Part shown: positions 37,601-47,272 of the stretch, in pieces
Numbering within the stretch: the first letter of the stretch is position 1
Layout: every line of letters starts with the position of its first letter
IMG/VR virus record: IMGVR_UViG_3300032312_001822
Location: 26,596-90,595 of that record
Origin: a virus
Lineage: Duplodnaviria > Caudoviricetes
Direction: 5' to 3' (one strand)
Length of the DNA stretch: 64,000 nt
Position numbers and translations under genes: made by a program
Notes under the pieces: model-generated
What the model saw: the letters and a program-made list of their open reading frames with translations, nothing else
The model's database searches: none
Told to the model about the DNA's origin: nothing

Positions 37601-40386
37601 AAGATTCTATTAATGAAGATATAATCGCCCAATTAGGAACTTTTAATATTGATGATTATATAGGTGATCCTAGATTAGCATCTTTACCATCATATCCTGA
37701 ATTAACTGAATTAAGAAATTTTTACTTTCAAAAATATTCTAAATCACAAAATATATTTGATTTAATAAAACTTTTATCTTATTTTGATAATTCATTATTT
37801 AAAATGATAAAGGATTTTGTTCCTGCTAAATCTAACCTTTCAACAGGTTTAACTATTAAACCTCATATTTTAGAAAGAAATAAAATATCTAAACATGAAC
37901 CTACACTTACTTTTGTTGATTATAGTGGGTCTATAGAAACAGCTTTTATATTAGGTTCTAATGGATTAGATTTAGATTTAAATACAGATTATACTGAAAT
38001 TATAACTGATGATTTAATTCCACCATTCTCTTTTAACCATACTGATAGAAGAGAATTATTTACAGGAGAATTAGGAGGATCAGAATTAGAAGTATATTAC
38101 CCTCCTAGTAGAAGTATTGTTTATGAAAATAATAAATTAGACATATCAGCATCTATAGCTATTGCTAATAGATTTTCAGAATTACCTTTTCAACCTACAT
38201 TAAATAATGTATTAAATTCTAGAACAACTAATAACTACTTAGATGTAGATTATTCTTCTAATCCAAATACCCCAGTTAATATAGATTTTTTAAGTGCTAG
38301 TTTAGCTTTAAGTTTAAGAACAAATGCTTATCCATTTTTAAATGCTACTGTACAAGATAGTAATTACACATTAAAGAGACATATTCAACCTAGATATGAA
38401 GGAAGTAGATTATTTGGTCAAAAATATAATATTTACTCTTCTAATGATATATCTTATGGTTCAGACCCTGTAATAAATTTCAATTCAGTAAAATTTGCTT
38501 ATTTTGATTCAATTACTTCTCAATCTGTAACTTTTAATGGTAGAAGTAATGCTAATATAAAATATTTAATTGATAGTGCTTCAAATATTGTTGAATTAAC
38601 AGAAGCTAATCAAAACTTATTTGATGTGCAAAGTATTTTTAATAAAACTAAAGTTAATATAGCTTTAGATAATACAAAATTTCCTTCAAATCAAAAATCT
38701 TTAAATGGTTTAAAACCAATTTATGCTGGTGGTTTTAGGTATGAACCTATATTACAAAATTATTCCAATTTAAATTCAATTCATAGTGGTTTAGAATTTT
38801 TATTTACAGATGATATAACAGTTCCTAACCCTATTGCTGGTAGTCAAGTTACAGCTAGTATAAACCCAGGTTTTACCTTAGGACAACCTTTTTTAACAAC
38901 TCCTTTAATTAGCACATCACCACAAACACTTACTAGTCCCTTACAGACTACAATTAATTCATCAATAAGTTTCCCAGTAACTAGAACTACTCCTTCTGAT
39001 GTAGAAGTTAGACAACGAGTAACAGGAAATATAACTATAACAATGAAATTATCACCTCCAAATAATGAACCTGTAATATTATATACAGGTTTAAATGGTA
39101 CTGGAGCTGAGTATAGAGTTGAAGCTCTTGGTGAGATTTCTGCTTGGGGTACCCCTACTACTAATGCTGGTTCGGTTAACATAAATGATCAAATTGGAAG
39201 TATGAGAATTCCTGCGGGTAAAAGAGCAGCTATAGGGGATCCACGTGGGGGTTCAACAGGATGGCGAGTTGGACCTATTCTTGTAAGTGGTCCAAATTGT
39301 CCTTTATGCCCTGGTAATCCAAGAGGATATGATAATTTATCAATAGCTATAGTAGATTGTGATACAATTTTTTCAACATCATCAGTTCAAAATACTTATC
39401 AAACTACCTTAACAAATTTAGTGAGTGTAAATAAAGCTACAGGTACATACGCTATAACTGATGTTGATTCCTTAATAGTTACAGCTACTTTTCCATTTGA
39501 AGGTTTAGTAATATTACCTATTGGAGAGCCTGGTGGTAATATTCTATTAAAAAATTTAAATGAAATTGTAGGTAATATAAATCAAACATTTACATTCACT
39601 ACAGTTGCTGGGAGAACTAATCCTAAATTTACAACAGCTCCTACAACTGTAATTTCTCCTTCTACTATAGGTAGTACATATTACTTTACTCAAGCTCCAG
39701 CTCAAATATATGTCACAGGTTCATTTGATTATGGATTCTTATCAGGCTCAGGAGCTAATGCTAGTAGTTCAAATAACTGGTATTTTGAAAGAGGAAATAA
39801 AACAGAATCAGGTAGTCAATTTTTATTATTGACAGCCTCATATGATTTATCTAAATTATATTATAACCATTATGTTCCTGGAGGACCATATTATGGTAAT
39901 CAATTTATTCAAGTTTTACCTTCTCAATCTTTAGAATTAGGTTACCAAAATATAACAGAATATTTTAATCCTAAAAAAGGAGATTTAGTTAGATTTTATA
40001 ACCATGATAGTGAAAAATTTCCATTTGCTTCAATATTTGAAAGAGAAATAACAAATATTATTCCACCATTACAAACAATAGGTACTGGATCTAATAATAC
40101 CGGTTCATATCAAGGTAGATTAATATTTGAAGTATCAGCGGATAATCTTAATACAAATATTCCTAACCAAGCATGTTCAAATGATCCTCAAGGTGACACA
40201 ATAGGTAAAATATTAAATTTTATAATTTTATCTAAAATTCCTGATGAAACTAATATTGTGATAAGCCATGAAAAAAATCCTGGATTAACTTCAACAGGAA
40301 TATTATATACAGAAGATATTAATCTTAATTTAAAAAATGAAGCAGGTAATATAATTAAAGAATTAAAATCACAAAACTTAATTTAA
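34603..40386 (+). CDS. Giant baseplate/tail-associated structural protein (1927 aa)
   Basis: RIYHNMPYLLKTRGTRAGLRALINCFGIP wedge-like motif; LamG-like SGSFQEFRYW; Ser/Thr-rich variable C-terminal half. Confidence 0.75.
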   Translation: MEITNISSLDRNTFVNQDYNPKDEILLNALEVNSEFGNPGDTIEIHIIGPNDEVIESVYDFGNYTITNTLQDTSLYNQIELDPKSDLESFGYFSGQYDVNYNFYRQLFLSSYTSNYYISEISSDRTEIKISNNDISYTNLGQNYLNYVATRNSRNFYSDFILNFGSNDTYIAVNVALDNVNTTIPSLYIKLYEPLPAEIALKDTLWLVESISEPYSFRVNTDFIAEDINTTVPLKGPNINIDLNDKINLTTPYLNLSNLLTNSSTSSYQQLQSWLDEKSIEITVDYTDFPNFVHFSSAVERLDNFKYKLTQIQSLQSDINALNSINPLTGPTYINSNKAILQTKLDTLIQKLDGYEYYLYYETGSKAWPKTNNVKPYINAGVNDPQARTWFGSTDESSNYYGGEILSASNFDASNRDYIWNNLPDYIKADSQNSNLELFTSMLGQHYDYIWTYIKDITDIQIADNRIDFGISKDLVADTLRSFGIKLYTNSRNQDDIYSSLLGINAEGSFLPSTGSYLINNYVTASQYTIPDNDIVKETYKRIYHNMPYLLKTRGTRAGLRALINCFGIPETILKVREFGGLDKDSNNVTTFYEKFAYGFNTNGSSSLSIPWLPLNSQFLDTTYRDIVPDTLEFRFKTPGIPDVSHYSQSLFYVTSPTEGLQFGIQLLYPSGTNTSYNTTELNEAYSKYGELRFFLSGSQGYAKTSPLYLPFFNGDWWNIKLNRETGSLRLNQTGSDNTYTLSTKNSIYNGYNGISVGFEGSTSLFISGSTSSSYNRAWSNYTTFDVSQPYGYDSPLALYDFDFVLYDDNTIVPPYFGYLGGDGTHNSPLAPNNIFSGSFQEFRYWIGNLENTSFNDHTLHPRSIVGNNTSASYSELSFRLPLGNELDNNLTEFLTSAHPTIAGSQITSSFLFESGSTSVVLSTAKINNLASASYETTVYNALINTPNIGATTEVDDKVRIIESNLIPGDVLTPYISIQKPGNIPYTNDLSIVDISLSPQDSINEDIIAQLGTFNIDDYIGDPRLASLPSYPELTELRNFYFQKYSKSQNIFDLIKLLSYFDNSLFKMIKDFVPAKSNLSTGLTIKPHILERNKISKHEPTLTFVDYSGSIETAFILGSNGLDLDLNTDYTEIITDDLIPPFSFNHTDRRELFTGELGGSELEVYYPPSRSIVYENNKLDISASIAIANRFSELPFQPTLNNVLNSRTTNNYLDVDYSSNPNTPVNIDFLSASLALSLRTNAYPFLNATVQDSNYTLKRHIQPRYEGSRLFGQKYNIYSSNDISYGSDPVINFNSVKFAYFDSITSQSVTFNGRSNANIKYLIDSASNIVELTEANQNLFDVQSIFNKTKVNIALDNTKFPSNQKSLNGLKPIYAGGFRYEPILQNYSNLNSIHSGLEFLFTDDITVPNPIAGSQVTASINPGFTLGQPFLTTPLISTSPQTLTSPLQTTINSSISFPVTRTTPSDVEVRQRVTGNITITMKLSPPNNEPVILYTGLNGTGAEYRVEALGEISAWGTPTTNAGSVNINDQIGSMRIPAGKRAAIGDPRGGSTGWRVGPILVSGPNCPLCPGNPRGYDNLSIAIVDCDTIFSTSSVQNTYQTTLTNLVSVNKATGTYAITDVDSLIVTATFPFEGLVILPIGEPGGNILLKNLNEIVGNINQTFTFTTVAGRTNPKFTTAPTTVISPSTIGSTYYFTQAPAQIYVTGSFDYGFLSGSGANASSSNNWYFERGNKTESGSQFLLLTASYDLSKLYYNHYVPGGPYYGNQFIQVLPSQSLELGYQNITEYFNPKKGDLVRFYNHDSEKFPFASIFEREITNIIPPLQTIGTGSNNTGSYQGRLIFEVSADNLNTNIPNQACSNDPQGDTIGKILNFIILSKIPDETNIVISHEKNPGLTSTGILYTEDINLNLKNEAGNIIKELKSQNLI

Positions 40387-40434
40387 AGAAATAAAAAATA
40401 CATATATTTATAATTAGTAATTACAAAACATACA

Positions 40435-41094
40435 ATGGGATACTTAAATAATACCACAGTAACTATAGACGCTATTCTTACTAAAAAAGGACGTGAATTA
40501 TTAGCTAAAAATGATGGTTCATTCAGAATCACTCAATTTTCATTATCTGATGATGAGATAGATTATACTTTATATAATCCTTATCACCCATCAGGATCAG
40601 CTTTTTATGGTGAAGCTATTGAAGCTATGCCTATATTAGAAGCATTTCCTGATGAGACTCAAATCATGAAGTATAAACTTTTAACATTACCAAGAGGTAC
40701 TGCTAAATTACCTGTACTAGATGTAGGTTATACTACTATAACATTACGTCAAGGTGCTTCACTTGCAATTACTCCTCAAACATTAAATTATTTAGGAGCA
40801 TCAACAGCATTTGAATCTTCAGGATACACAGCTACTATTGGTGATTCAAGATTAATGTCTACATTTAATGGTGTAGGTATTAATACAACTGAAGCTACTA
40901 CCTTAAATTCAACAACTACAATTGGAACTAATGTTTCAAGAACTGTAATAGGGGCTACTATAAATTTAACAGCAACTACTGTTAACACATTATTTGGTAC
41001 AAGAAATTCTTTAACAACTACTTTAACCATAACAGGTAGAGATTCAGGAGCAAGATTAACAATCCCAGTAACTATAACTAAAGTAACTAGTTAA
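40435..41094 (+). CDS. Conserved structural protein (baseplate/tail-fibre collar-like)
   Basis: DAILTKKGRELLA...ITQFSLSDDEIDY; late motif at 40404. Confidence 0.7.
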   Translation: MGYLNNTTVTIDAILTKKGRELLAKNDGSFRITQFSLSDDEIDYTLYNPYHPSGSAFYGEAIEAMPILEAFPDETQIMKYKLLTLPRGTAKLPVLDVGYTTITLRQGASLAITPQTLNYLGASTAFESSGYTATIGDSRLMSTFNGVGINTTEATTLNSTTTIGTNVSRTVIGATINLTATTVNTLFGTRNSLTTTLTITGRDSGARLTIPVTITKVTS

Positions 41095-41106
41095 TAAAAT
41101 AAAAAC

Positions 41107-42147
41107 ATGAGCTATATACCTTTTAATGCTGACGATTTTGTAGTAAGTGCTGATTCAATTACTTCAACCTTATGGAGTAATAATGCATCTACTTTAACAT
41201 CATTTTTTACAGCTTCAGTAACAATAATTAATAATGCATACTTACCTGTATATGCTGTAAATCCAACTTCAAATACAACAGCTTTACCTCAATTTTCTTT
41301 AGCTTACGGTCAAGTAAATGGAACAGGTTCAGCTCCTATTAACCCTGCGGTAACTGGTTCATCACCTACAAGAATTACTTATGGTCAATTTAGAACATTA
41401 ATTAATGGGGATGAAAATACTAATTTTAATTTTGGAACTGGTAATACAAATTCACCTGATCTTTATGTAATAAATGTTAATAGAGCTAATTATAAAGAAA
41501 AATTATTCTTAGGAACATTTAATTTATGGTTATCCGGGTCAGATGGTACTAATCAATCTTTAATTAAATTAACAGATAATAGTATCTCAACTACAACTGT
41601 AAATTATTGTGATGCTGGTAGAGTATTTGATATTGTAAGTGGTTCTAATGGAGTTACCACAACTTCAAACTTCTCAGGAATAACTGCTGGTTATACTATA
41701 TCAGGTTCATATGGTAAATACTTACCAGATGTTGGATTAATTTTATTGAATCCTAGAGCTTTATCTTTATCTGCTAGTCAAGGTGGTATTGGTTTAACTC
41801 CTGATACAGGATTAACTTCAAATGCTTTATTTAATACTAATAGAGGATTACATAGAGCTATGAGTTTAGGAGCTAATTTTCAATTAAATAGTGAAGAAAC
41901 TATAACATCTGATTATATATTTGTTAGAATTAAAAATAATGATTTTAATTATACTACTAACCCATCTATGATAAGTGGTAGTGGAGAATTTTACTACCCA
42001 TCATTAGTTGAAAATCCTCAAACTTTTATTACAACAGTAGGGATGTATAATGATAATAATGAATTATTAGCTGTTGCTAAACTATCAAAACCTCTTGTAA
42101 AGGATTTTACAAAAGAAGCTCTTGTTAGAGTAAAATTAGACTTTTAA
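41107..42147 (+). CDS. Baseplate/tail-fibre anchor-like structural protein
   Basis: C-terminal FNYTTNPS...ITTVGMYNDNNELLAVAKLSKP. Confidence 0.7.
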   Translation: MSYIPFNADDFVVSADSITSTLWSNNASTLTSFFTASVTIINNAYLPVYAVNPTSNTTALPQFSLAYGQVNGTGSAPINPAVTGSSPTRITYGQFRTLINGDENTNFNFGTGNTNSPDLYVINVNRANYKEKLFLGTFNLWLSGSDGTNQSLIKLTDNSISTTTVNYCDAGRVFDIVSGSNGVTTTSNFSGITAGYTISGSYGKYLPDVGLILLNPRALSLSASQGGIGLTPDTGLTSNALFNTNRGLHRAMSLGANFQLNSEETITSDYIFVRIKNNDFNYTTNPSMISGSGEFYYPSLVENPQTFITTVGMYNDNNELLAVAKLSKPLVKDFTKEALVRVKLDF

Positions 42148-42150
42148 TGA

Positions 42151-44577
42151 ATGAGTTTTTCTTACAAAACATTAAGTTCAAATGATATAACGTTAACCTC
42201 CTATATCGCTAACAAGCAATGGGAGGTTACCAATAGTACTTTGTCTCAAAATGGTGTTACGATTTATATAGGTGAAAATTTACCTGTATCAAGAACATAT
42301 CCTTTTGACCCTATCAATGACCTTCAAACTTCTAATGATGAATATAGAAGGTTAGTATTTGATTCTATAAAACATTTATTTTTCAAAAATTATACATCAG
42401 GTTCATTAACTGGTGAATTTTTTCATTCATCTTCTTATTTTAATTATGAACAAAATACTTTAGCTTCAGGATCAGGAGTATCTACTTTTAGAAATATTTC
42501 TACTATTACTGGTAGTAATATCCCTATTCTATATGATACAGATGATGAATATGATAATAATGCTACATTTGATGCAGATAGAGGAGGAAAAGTAATTATA
42601 GTTTCTATAGACCAAAATGTATACGGATCAGGATTAAATCCCAATTCAGTTTTTATTTCCGGTTCAGGATATTATTTAAGAGATGATGGTGAAGGAAATT
42701 TATATAATTGGAGAAATGAAGGAAATTATGCTAAATATTCATCAGCTATTTATGATCAAGACATTTATTTAGAATTAGTAGGTAATGGTTTACAATTAGA
42801 ATATGTTGGGAATGTATTTTATTCTCATGGTTTAATTGTAATAACAGACGAAGATTATCTATGTGTATTTGGAGCCCCTCCAGGTGCAGTAAATGATTAC
42901 TTTTCATATTTTAATATGAATAATCCTGGAGCACTTGATATTTTGGGTAATGATATTTGTGATTGTGGGGTTTTAATAAATTCTTCTTTTGCAACCTCAT
43001 CTGTACCAGGTTACATCTTTCCTAACTTTACTTATAATAATGGATTAATCAATATAATTCAAGATCAAGCTAGTGTAATACCTGGAGATTATAGTATAGG
43101 TTATACAATAGTAAACTCATCAGGATTAATAAGTAATACAGGTTCAATAAATTTAACTATAACATCTGAACCTCTAGTAATACAAAATATTATTTCCTCA
43201 TCAGTTTGTTTTGGTACTGCCTCTTTATTACCTGTTACTTTCTCAATAAATTACGGTGTACCTTATTATAGTTACTCATTAGATAATGGAACTACTTATA
43301 CTGGTGTTAATAAATTATTTAATGTAACTGTTAGTGGAAGTATATCATCTTCACTTAATAATACTATTTATGTTAAGGATTATTTAGGAGAAATAATTAC
43401 AGCTTCATTCTCAACAATGTATCCTGCTATAACTTCAAGTACTGTTATTACAAAATTACCTTGTTCAAATATTGCAACTGATGGTATTATAACAGTTTCA
43501 AGTAGTACAGCTACATCCGCTTCTATAGATGGGGGACCATACTTTGTGTTACCTAAACAATTTACAGGTCTTAGTACAGGTTCACATACTATTATTTATA
43601 GAAATAATTTTGGATGTACAACTAGTTCAATTTATAATTTACCAATATATCCTCCATTAACTGCTAGTGTGACTATGAGTCATGTTAATTGTTATGGTAG
43701 TTCAACAGGACAAATAAATATAAATTTAAGTAATATTATAGATAATTTACTTATAGATTTTATTGATCCAACAGGTAGTTTTATACTTAATGATGTCCCT
43801 GTAACTTCAAGTGCTTTAGTATTTTCAAATTTAGCAACAGGAAGTTGGACAGCTTCTATATTTACTAATGATATATATGGTTGTCAAAATTATAATAATG
43901 TACTTACTATAACAAGTTCAACTCCAATTACTTTTACAACTACTGCCTCTTATATAAATTCATGTTCAAATCAAATCATATTTGATGTCACTGGTGGTTT
44001 AGGTGGTTACACTTATTTTGCTCAAGAAAATGATACACAACAATCATATTTATCAACAGGTTCAACACTTTCAACTTTTAGTTTAAATGGAGGTATATTT
44101 ACAGTATATGTTCAAGATACTGGATCATGTATATCAAGTTTTAAAACTCAAGAAGTTTATGGTAGAAGATATATTTATAGTGGTTCATATTGTGATACAG
44201 GATCAATTCCAACAACAACAACTACAACTGCTTATTCACCTTCTACAACAACTACAACAACCACTGTAGCTCCATTTGTAGGATATACTTATATTCTAAG
44301 TGATTTAGGATATTTTAACCCATCAAGTGCTTGTACTTTACCTGAAAACTACATAAATGTATATAGAGATGAGCCAATAATAGCAATTGGAAATATAATA
44401 TATAATAATGAAGCGTGTACTATACCAAAAACAGATGGAGGAAGTCTTTGGTGGTATGTTACAGACCCATATGGTAGTATTAATCAATCAATTCAAATAA
44501 ATAATTCAGGAGTAATTATAGCTATTAGTAATTGTATAATAAAACCTCCAATAGGTAATTTATCTATTGAACCTTAA
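42151..44577 (+). CDS. Structural protein with four SprB-like repeats and a Thr-rich linker (candidate receptor-binding protein)
   Basis: N-terminal GNVFYSHGLIVIT module; repeats such as PLTASVTMSHVNCYGSSTGQI..FSNLATGSW..GC; TTTTTT..TTTTTTT. Confidence 0.7.
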   Translation: MSFSYKTLSSNDITLTSYIANKQWEVTNSTLSQNGVTIYIGENLPVSRTYPFDPINDLQTSNDEYRRLVFDSIKHLFFKNYTSGSLTGEFFHSSSYFNYEQNTLASGSGVSTFRNISTITGSNIPILYDTDDEYDNNATFDADRGGKVIIVSIDQNVYGSGLNPNSVFISGSGYYLRDDGEGNLYNWRNEGNYAKYSSAIYDQDIYLELVGNGLQLEYVGNVFYSHGLIVITDEDYLCVFGAPPGAVNDYFSYFNMNNPGALDILGNDICDCGVLINSSFATSSVPGYIFPNFTYNNGLINIIQDQASVIPGDYSIGYTIVNSSGLISNTGSINLTITSEPLVIQNIISSSVCFGTASLLPVTFSINYGVPYYSYSLDNGTTYTGVNKLFNVTVSGSISSSLNNTIYVKDYLGEIITASFSTMYPAITSSTVITKLPCSNIATDGIITVSSSTATSASIDGGPYFVLPKQFTGLSTGSHTIIYRNNFGCTTSSIYNLPIYPPLTASVTMSHVNCYGSSTGQININLSNIIDNLLIDFIDPTGSFILNDVPVTSSALVFSNLATGSWTASIFTNDIYGCQNYNNVLTITSSTPITFTTTASYINSCSNQIIFDVTGGLGGYTYFAQENDTQQSYLSTGSTLSTFSLNGGIFTVYVQDTGSCISSFKTQEVYGRRYIYSGSYCDTGSIPTTTTTTAYSPSTTTTTTTVAPFVGYTYILSDLGYFNPSSACTLPENYINVYRDEPIIAIGNIIYNNEACTIPKTDGGSLWWYVTDPYGSINQSIQINNSGVIIAISNCIIKPPIGNLSIEP

Positions 44578-44590
44578 TAAATAAAATAAA

Positions 44591-45649
44591 ATGCCAAATA
44601 ACGGATACATATCAAGTTCAGGAATAGATCAAGTATTTACAACTGGTCCCTACGCGGGATCTATTGTAACATCTAGTTATTCTAGTGGTAGTACTTTATT
44701 AGGTCCTACAGTTACATTTTATCAACCTTTTATATCTGAATCAAGAGATGTTATAGTCCCTTGTACTGATCCTAGTGGTAATTATCCTATTTTTCAAAGA
44801 TGGTTTTATGATCCAATTAATTGTCCTATAGGAGATTGCTTTCCACCTACTATTACAAGTACTGCTGTTAGAAATTGTAATAGAGAGGATGATTATAGAT
44901 ATTGGCTATTTTTTAATTCAGGATCAACTAATGCTTTATATTCAACTATTGAGTATAGTACAACACTTGATTTTTCATCTAACACAGGTTCATTAGTAGT
45001 TACTAATTCATTAGCTAATTACACTTCATCTCTTAATATAGGAAATTTACCTTTATTACCACTTAAAACTACTCCTGTATATTTTAGAGTATTTAATAGT
45101 TGTAGTTTAGGAGGAACATCATCTTATAGTTCTATAGCGTCAGCTTCATGTCAATTAATACCTCCTCCGTCAACTTCACCTTTTACAGTGAGATTAAAAA
45201 ATAGTATGTTAGGTTCAAATAATACTTTATATTATACTCATGAAGGAGTTGAATATGCTTTATTTGGAGGAGCTACAGTTAATTTAGTTATGTTAACTCT
45301 AAATACATTGAATATTCCTTTTAGAACTTTAAGACCTGAAGGGGATGTAAGAACAATAATATGTTCAGGCTCATCTCCTGCTTTTAATGGTTCTGTAACT
45401 ACTCAATTAAATGATAATACTCTAACTTATTACGGTGATAATGTTTATCAATCAGTTAATACTTACATTTCTAATGTATATTATAATTCAGAAGGAACAC
45501 CAGATGCTTCTGTAACTATTGATAGATCTTTATGGAGTGGAACAGGATTATTAGAAATAAACTTCACAGATTTTGTACCATCTGATAATGTAAATCCTTG
45601 GTATTATATTAACCAAGATATAGGTATTGATGGTGGAGGATCAAATTAA
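44591..45649 (+). CDS. Beta-rich virion/fibre-associated protein (FnIII-like segment)
   Basis: PPTITST..EYSTTLDF..VYFRV; Ser/Thr/Cys-rich. Confidence 0.5.
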   Translation: MPNNGYISSSGIDQVFTTGPYAGSIVTSSYSSGSTLLGPTVTFYQPFISESRDVIVPCTDPSGNYPIFQRWFYDPINCPIGDCFPPTITSTAVRNCNREDDYRYWLFFNSGSTNALYSTIEYSTTLDFSSNTGSLVVTNSLANYTSSLNIGNLPLLPLKTTPVYFRVFNSCSLGGTSSYSSIASASCQLIPPPSTSPFTVRLKNSMLGSNNTLYYTHEGVEYALFGGATVNLVMLTLNTLNIPFRTLRPEGDVRTIICSGSSPAFNGSVTTQLNDNTLTYYGDNVYQSVNTYISNVYYNSEGTPDASVTIDRSLWSGTGLLEINFTDFVPSDNVNPWYYINQDIGIDGGGSN

Positions 45650-45660
45650 ATAAAATAAAA

Positions 45661-46305
45661 ATGTCAGTTTTCGCTAAACCTTATAATCCCTCAAAGTATT
45701 TTTCTTACCAACGAGGTAAAATTATTACTGAACAACCTTGGAAACGTCCCACTTACTCTAAAGTGAAAGAATTTTTATTAGAAATTCAAAACACTTCAGA
45801 TATAATGAAAGATTATGATTTACATCTTTTAGGAGGAATATTATGGGACTTTAATAAAACTTGGGATGTAGATATTAATTTAATGGGTAATCCTACCTCT
45901 TATATAGTTTTAGAAGATTACATGCATTACATGTATGATATAGCTTTAAATAAATATAATTTATTAGTAGATATAGCTTGGGCTAACACAAAACCTGAAG
46001 ATATTATTTATACTCCTAATTATGATTTCACTCTAGATAATGAATTTTTAAGTATAGGATATATAAAAAAACAAATAGGAGATGAATTTGAAGAAGTAAA
46101 TTTAAGTGATAGACCTAATTATACTTTATGTGGTGATTATTTAGTTAAAGGTAATTGGAAACATAAACCTATGAAAGAATCCTTTATTGAAAAAGTAAAA
46201 AATAATCCTAATCCTATAACTAAAGTAACTTTTCCTGTCAAAGAATTTTTAGAAAATGATGAAGAGTATTTCTTAAAAAATACTAATAGACCTCAATATT
46301 TATAA
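45661..46305 (+). CDS. Pol-beta superfamily nucleotidyltransferase-like protein
   Basis: LHLLGG-x8-WDVDI matches hG[GS]-x-DhD; third Asp candidate in LLVDI. Confidence 0.55.
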   Translation: MSVFAKPYNPSKYFSYQRGKIITEQPWKRPTYSKVKEFLLEIQNTSDIMKDYDLHLLGGILWDFNKTWDVDINLMGNPTSYIVLEDYMHYMYDIALNKYNLLVDIAWANTKPEDIIYTPNYDFTLDNEFLSIGYIKKQIGDEFEEVNLSDRPNYTLCGDYLVKGNWKHKPMKESFIEKVKNNPNPITKVTFPVKEFLENDEEYFLKNTNRPQYL

Positions 46306-46309
46306 TAAG

Positions 46310-46615
46310 ATGGCCGCAATAACACAAGACATAAACGCTGTATTAGGATTCAAAAATGAGTATATCATTTATGAAAACGAGGTACGTTGTAAAATAGGAG
46401 AAAATGAATTTAACATGTCTCATAATCCTACTTTAACATTTGATAATTCAGGTTCATTAAAACCATTTGCTACAGGTTCAGATTTTGCTCCTTATGTTAC
46501 AACTGTAGGACTATATAATGGTTCAAATGAATTATTAGCAGTAGCTAAATTAGCTAAACCCTTACCCCTATCAGCTACCGCTGATACAACAATAGTGATA
46601 AGATACGATTTTTAA
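46310..46615 (+). CDS. Stand-alone C-terminal baseplate module (paralog of the 41107 C-terminus)
   Basis: EFNMSHNPT...VTTVGLYNGSNELLAVAKLAKP; late motif at 46296. Confidence 0.75.
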   Translation: MAAITQDINAVLGFKNEYIIYENEVRCKIGENEFNMSHNPTLTFDNSGSLKPFATGSDFAPYVTTVGLYNGSNELLAVAKLAKPLPLSATADTTIVIRYDF

Positions 46616-46625
46616 AAACAAAATT

Positions 46626-47072
46626 ATGTGGTTATATAAAGGAAAAGAAATAAAAGAATTATCAGACATGCCCGAAAACATATTCGGGTTTATTTATGTA
46701 GTGACTCATACTCCTACAGGAAGAAAATACTTAGGTAAAAAACAATTAATGTCTGTGCAGAGAAAAGCTTTAGGTAAAAAGGAATTAGCCTTAATTACTG
46801 ATGGTAGAGCTAGTAAAAAGAAAACTGTAATTAAAGAATCAGATTGGAAAACTTATCATGGTTCACATGCTGAAATAAAACAATTAATAAAAGACAAAAA
46901 ACATTTGGAATTTACAAGAGAGATACTTACATTTGTACCTACTAAAAAACTCCTTACTTATTACGAGACTAAATATCTTTTTATAAATGAAGTTTTAGAA
47001 ACTCAAAATGAGTATATAAATGACAACATTCTTGGAAAGTTTTTTAAGAAAGACTTTGCTCCCCAAAAATAA
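46626..47072 (+). CDS. GIY-YIG family nuclease (T4-like phage type)
   Basis: FGFIYVVTHTPTGRKYLGKK; ESDWKTYHGS; YINDNI. Confidence 0.8.
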   Translation: MWLYKGKEIKELSDMPENIFGFIYVVTHTPTGRKYLGKKQLMSVQRKALGKKELALITDGRASKKKTVIKESDWKTYHGSHAEIKQLIKDKKHLEFTREILTFVPTKKLLTYYETKYLFINEVLETQNEYINDNILGKFFKKDFAPQK

Positions 47073-47100
47073 TTCATTATATTAAATAAAAATAAACTCT

Positions 47101-47256
47101 ATGAAACGCTACGGTCTATTTACCAAGAATTCAAATGAAGCTATTAACAACATACCTTCACGAAGTATAGAAGAAGCTAAATCATTCTTTATAGCTAAGA
47201 AAAAATTAACTGCAGATCAATTTGATAATTTATTTGAAGTTAGATTAGTAAATTAA
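47101..47256 (+). CDS. Small hypothetical protein (51 aa, not in track)
   Basis: MKRYGLFTKNSNEAINN...; promoter at 47055. Confidence 0.6.
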   Translation: MKRYGLFTKNSNEAINNIPSRSIEEAKSFFIAKKKLTADQFDNLFEVRLVN

Positions 47257-47272
47257 AAAATCAAAATAGGTT

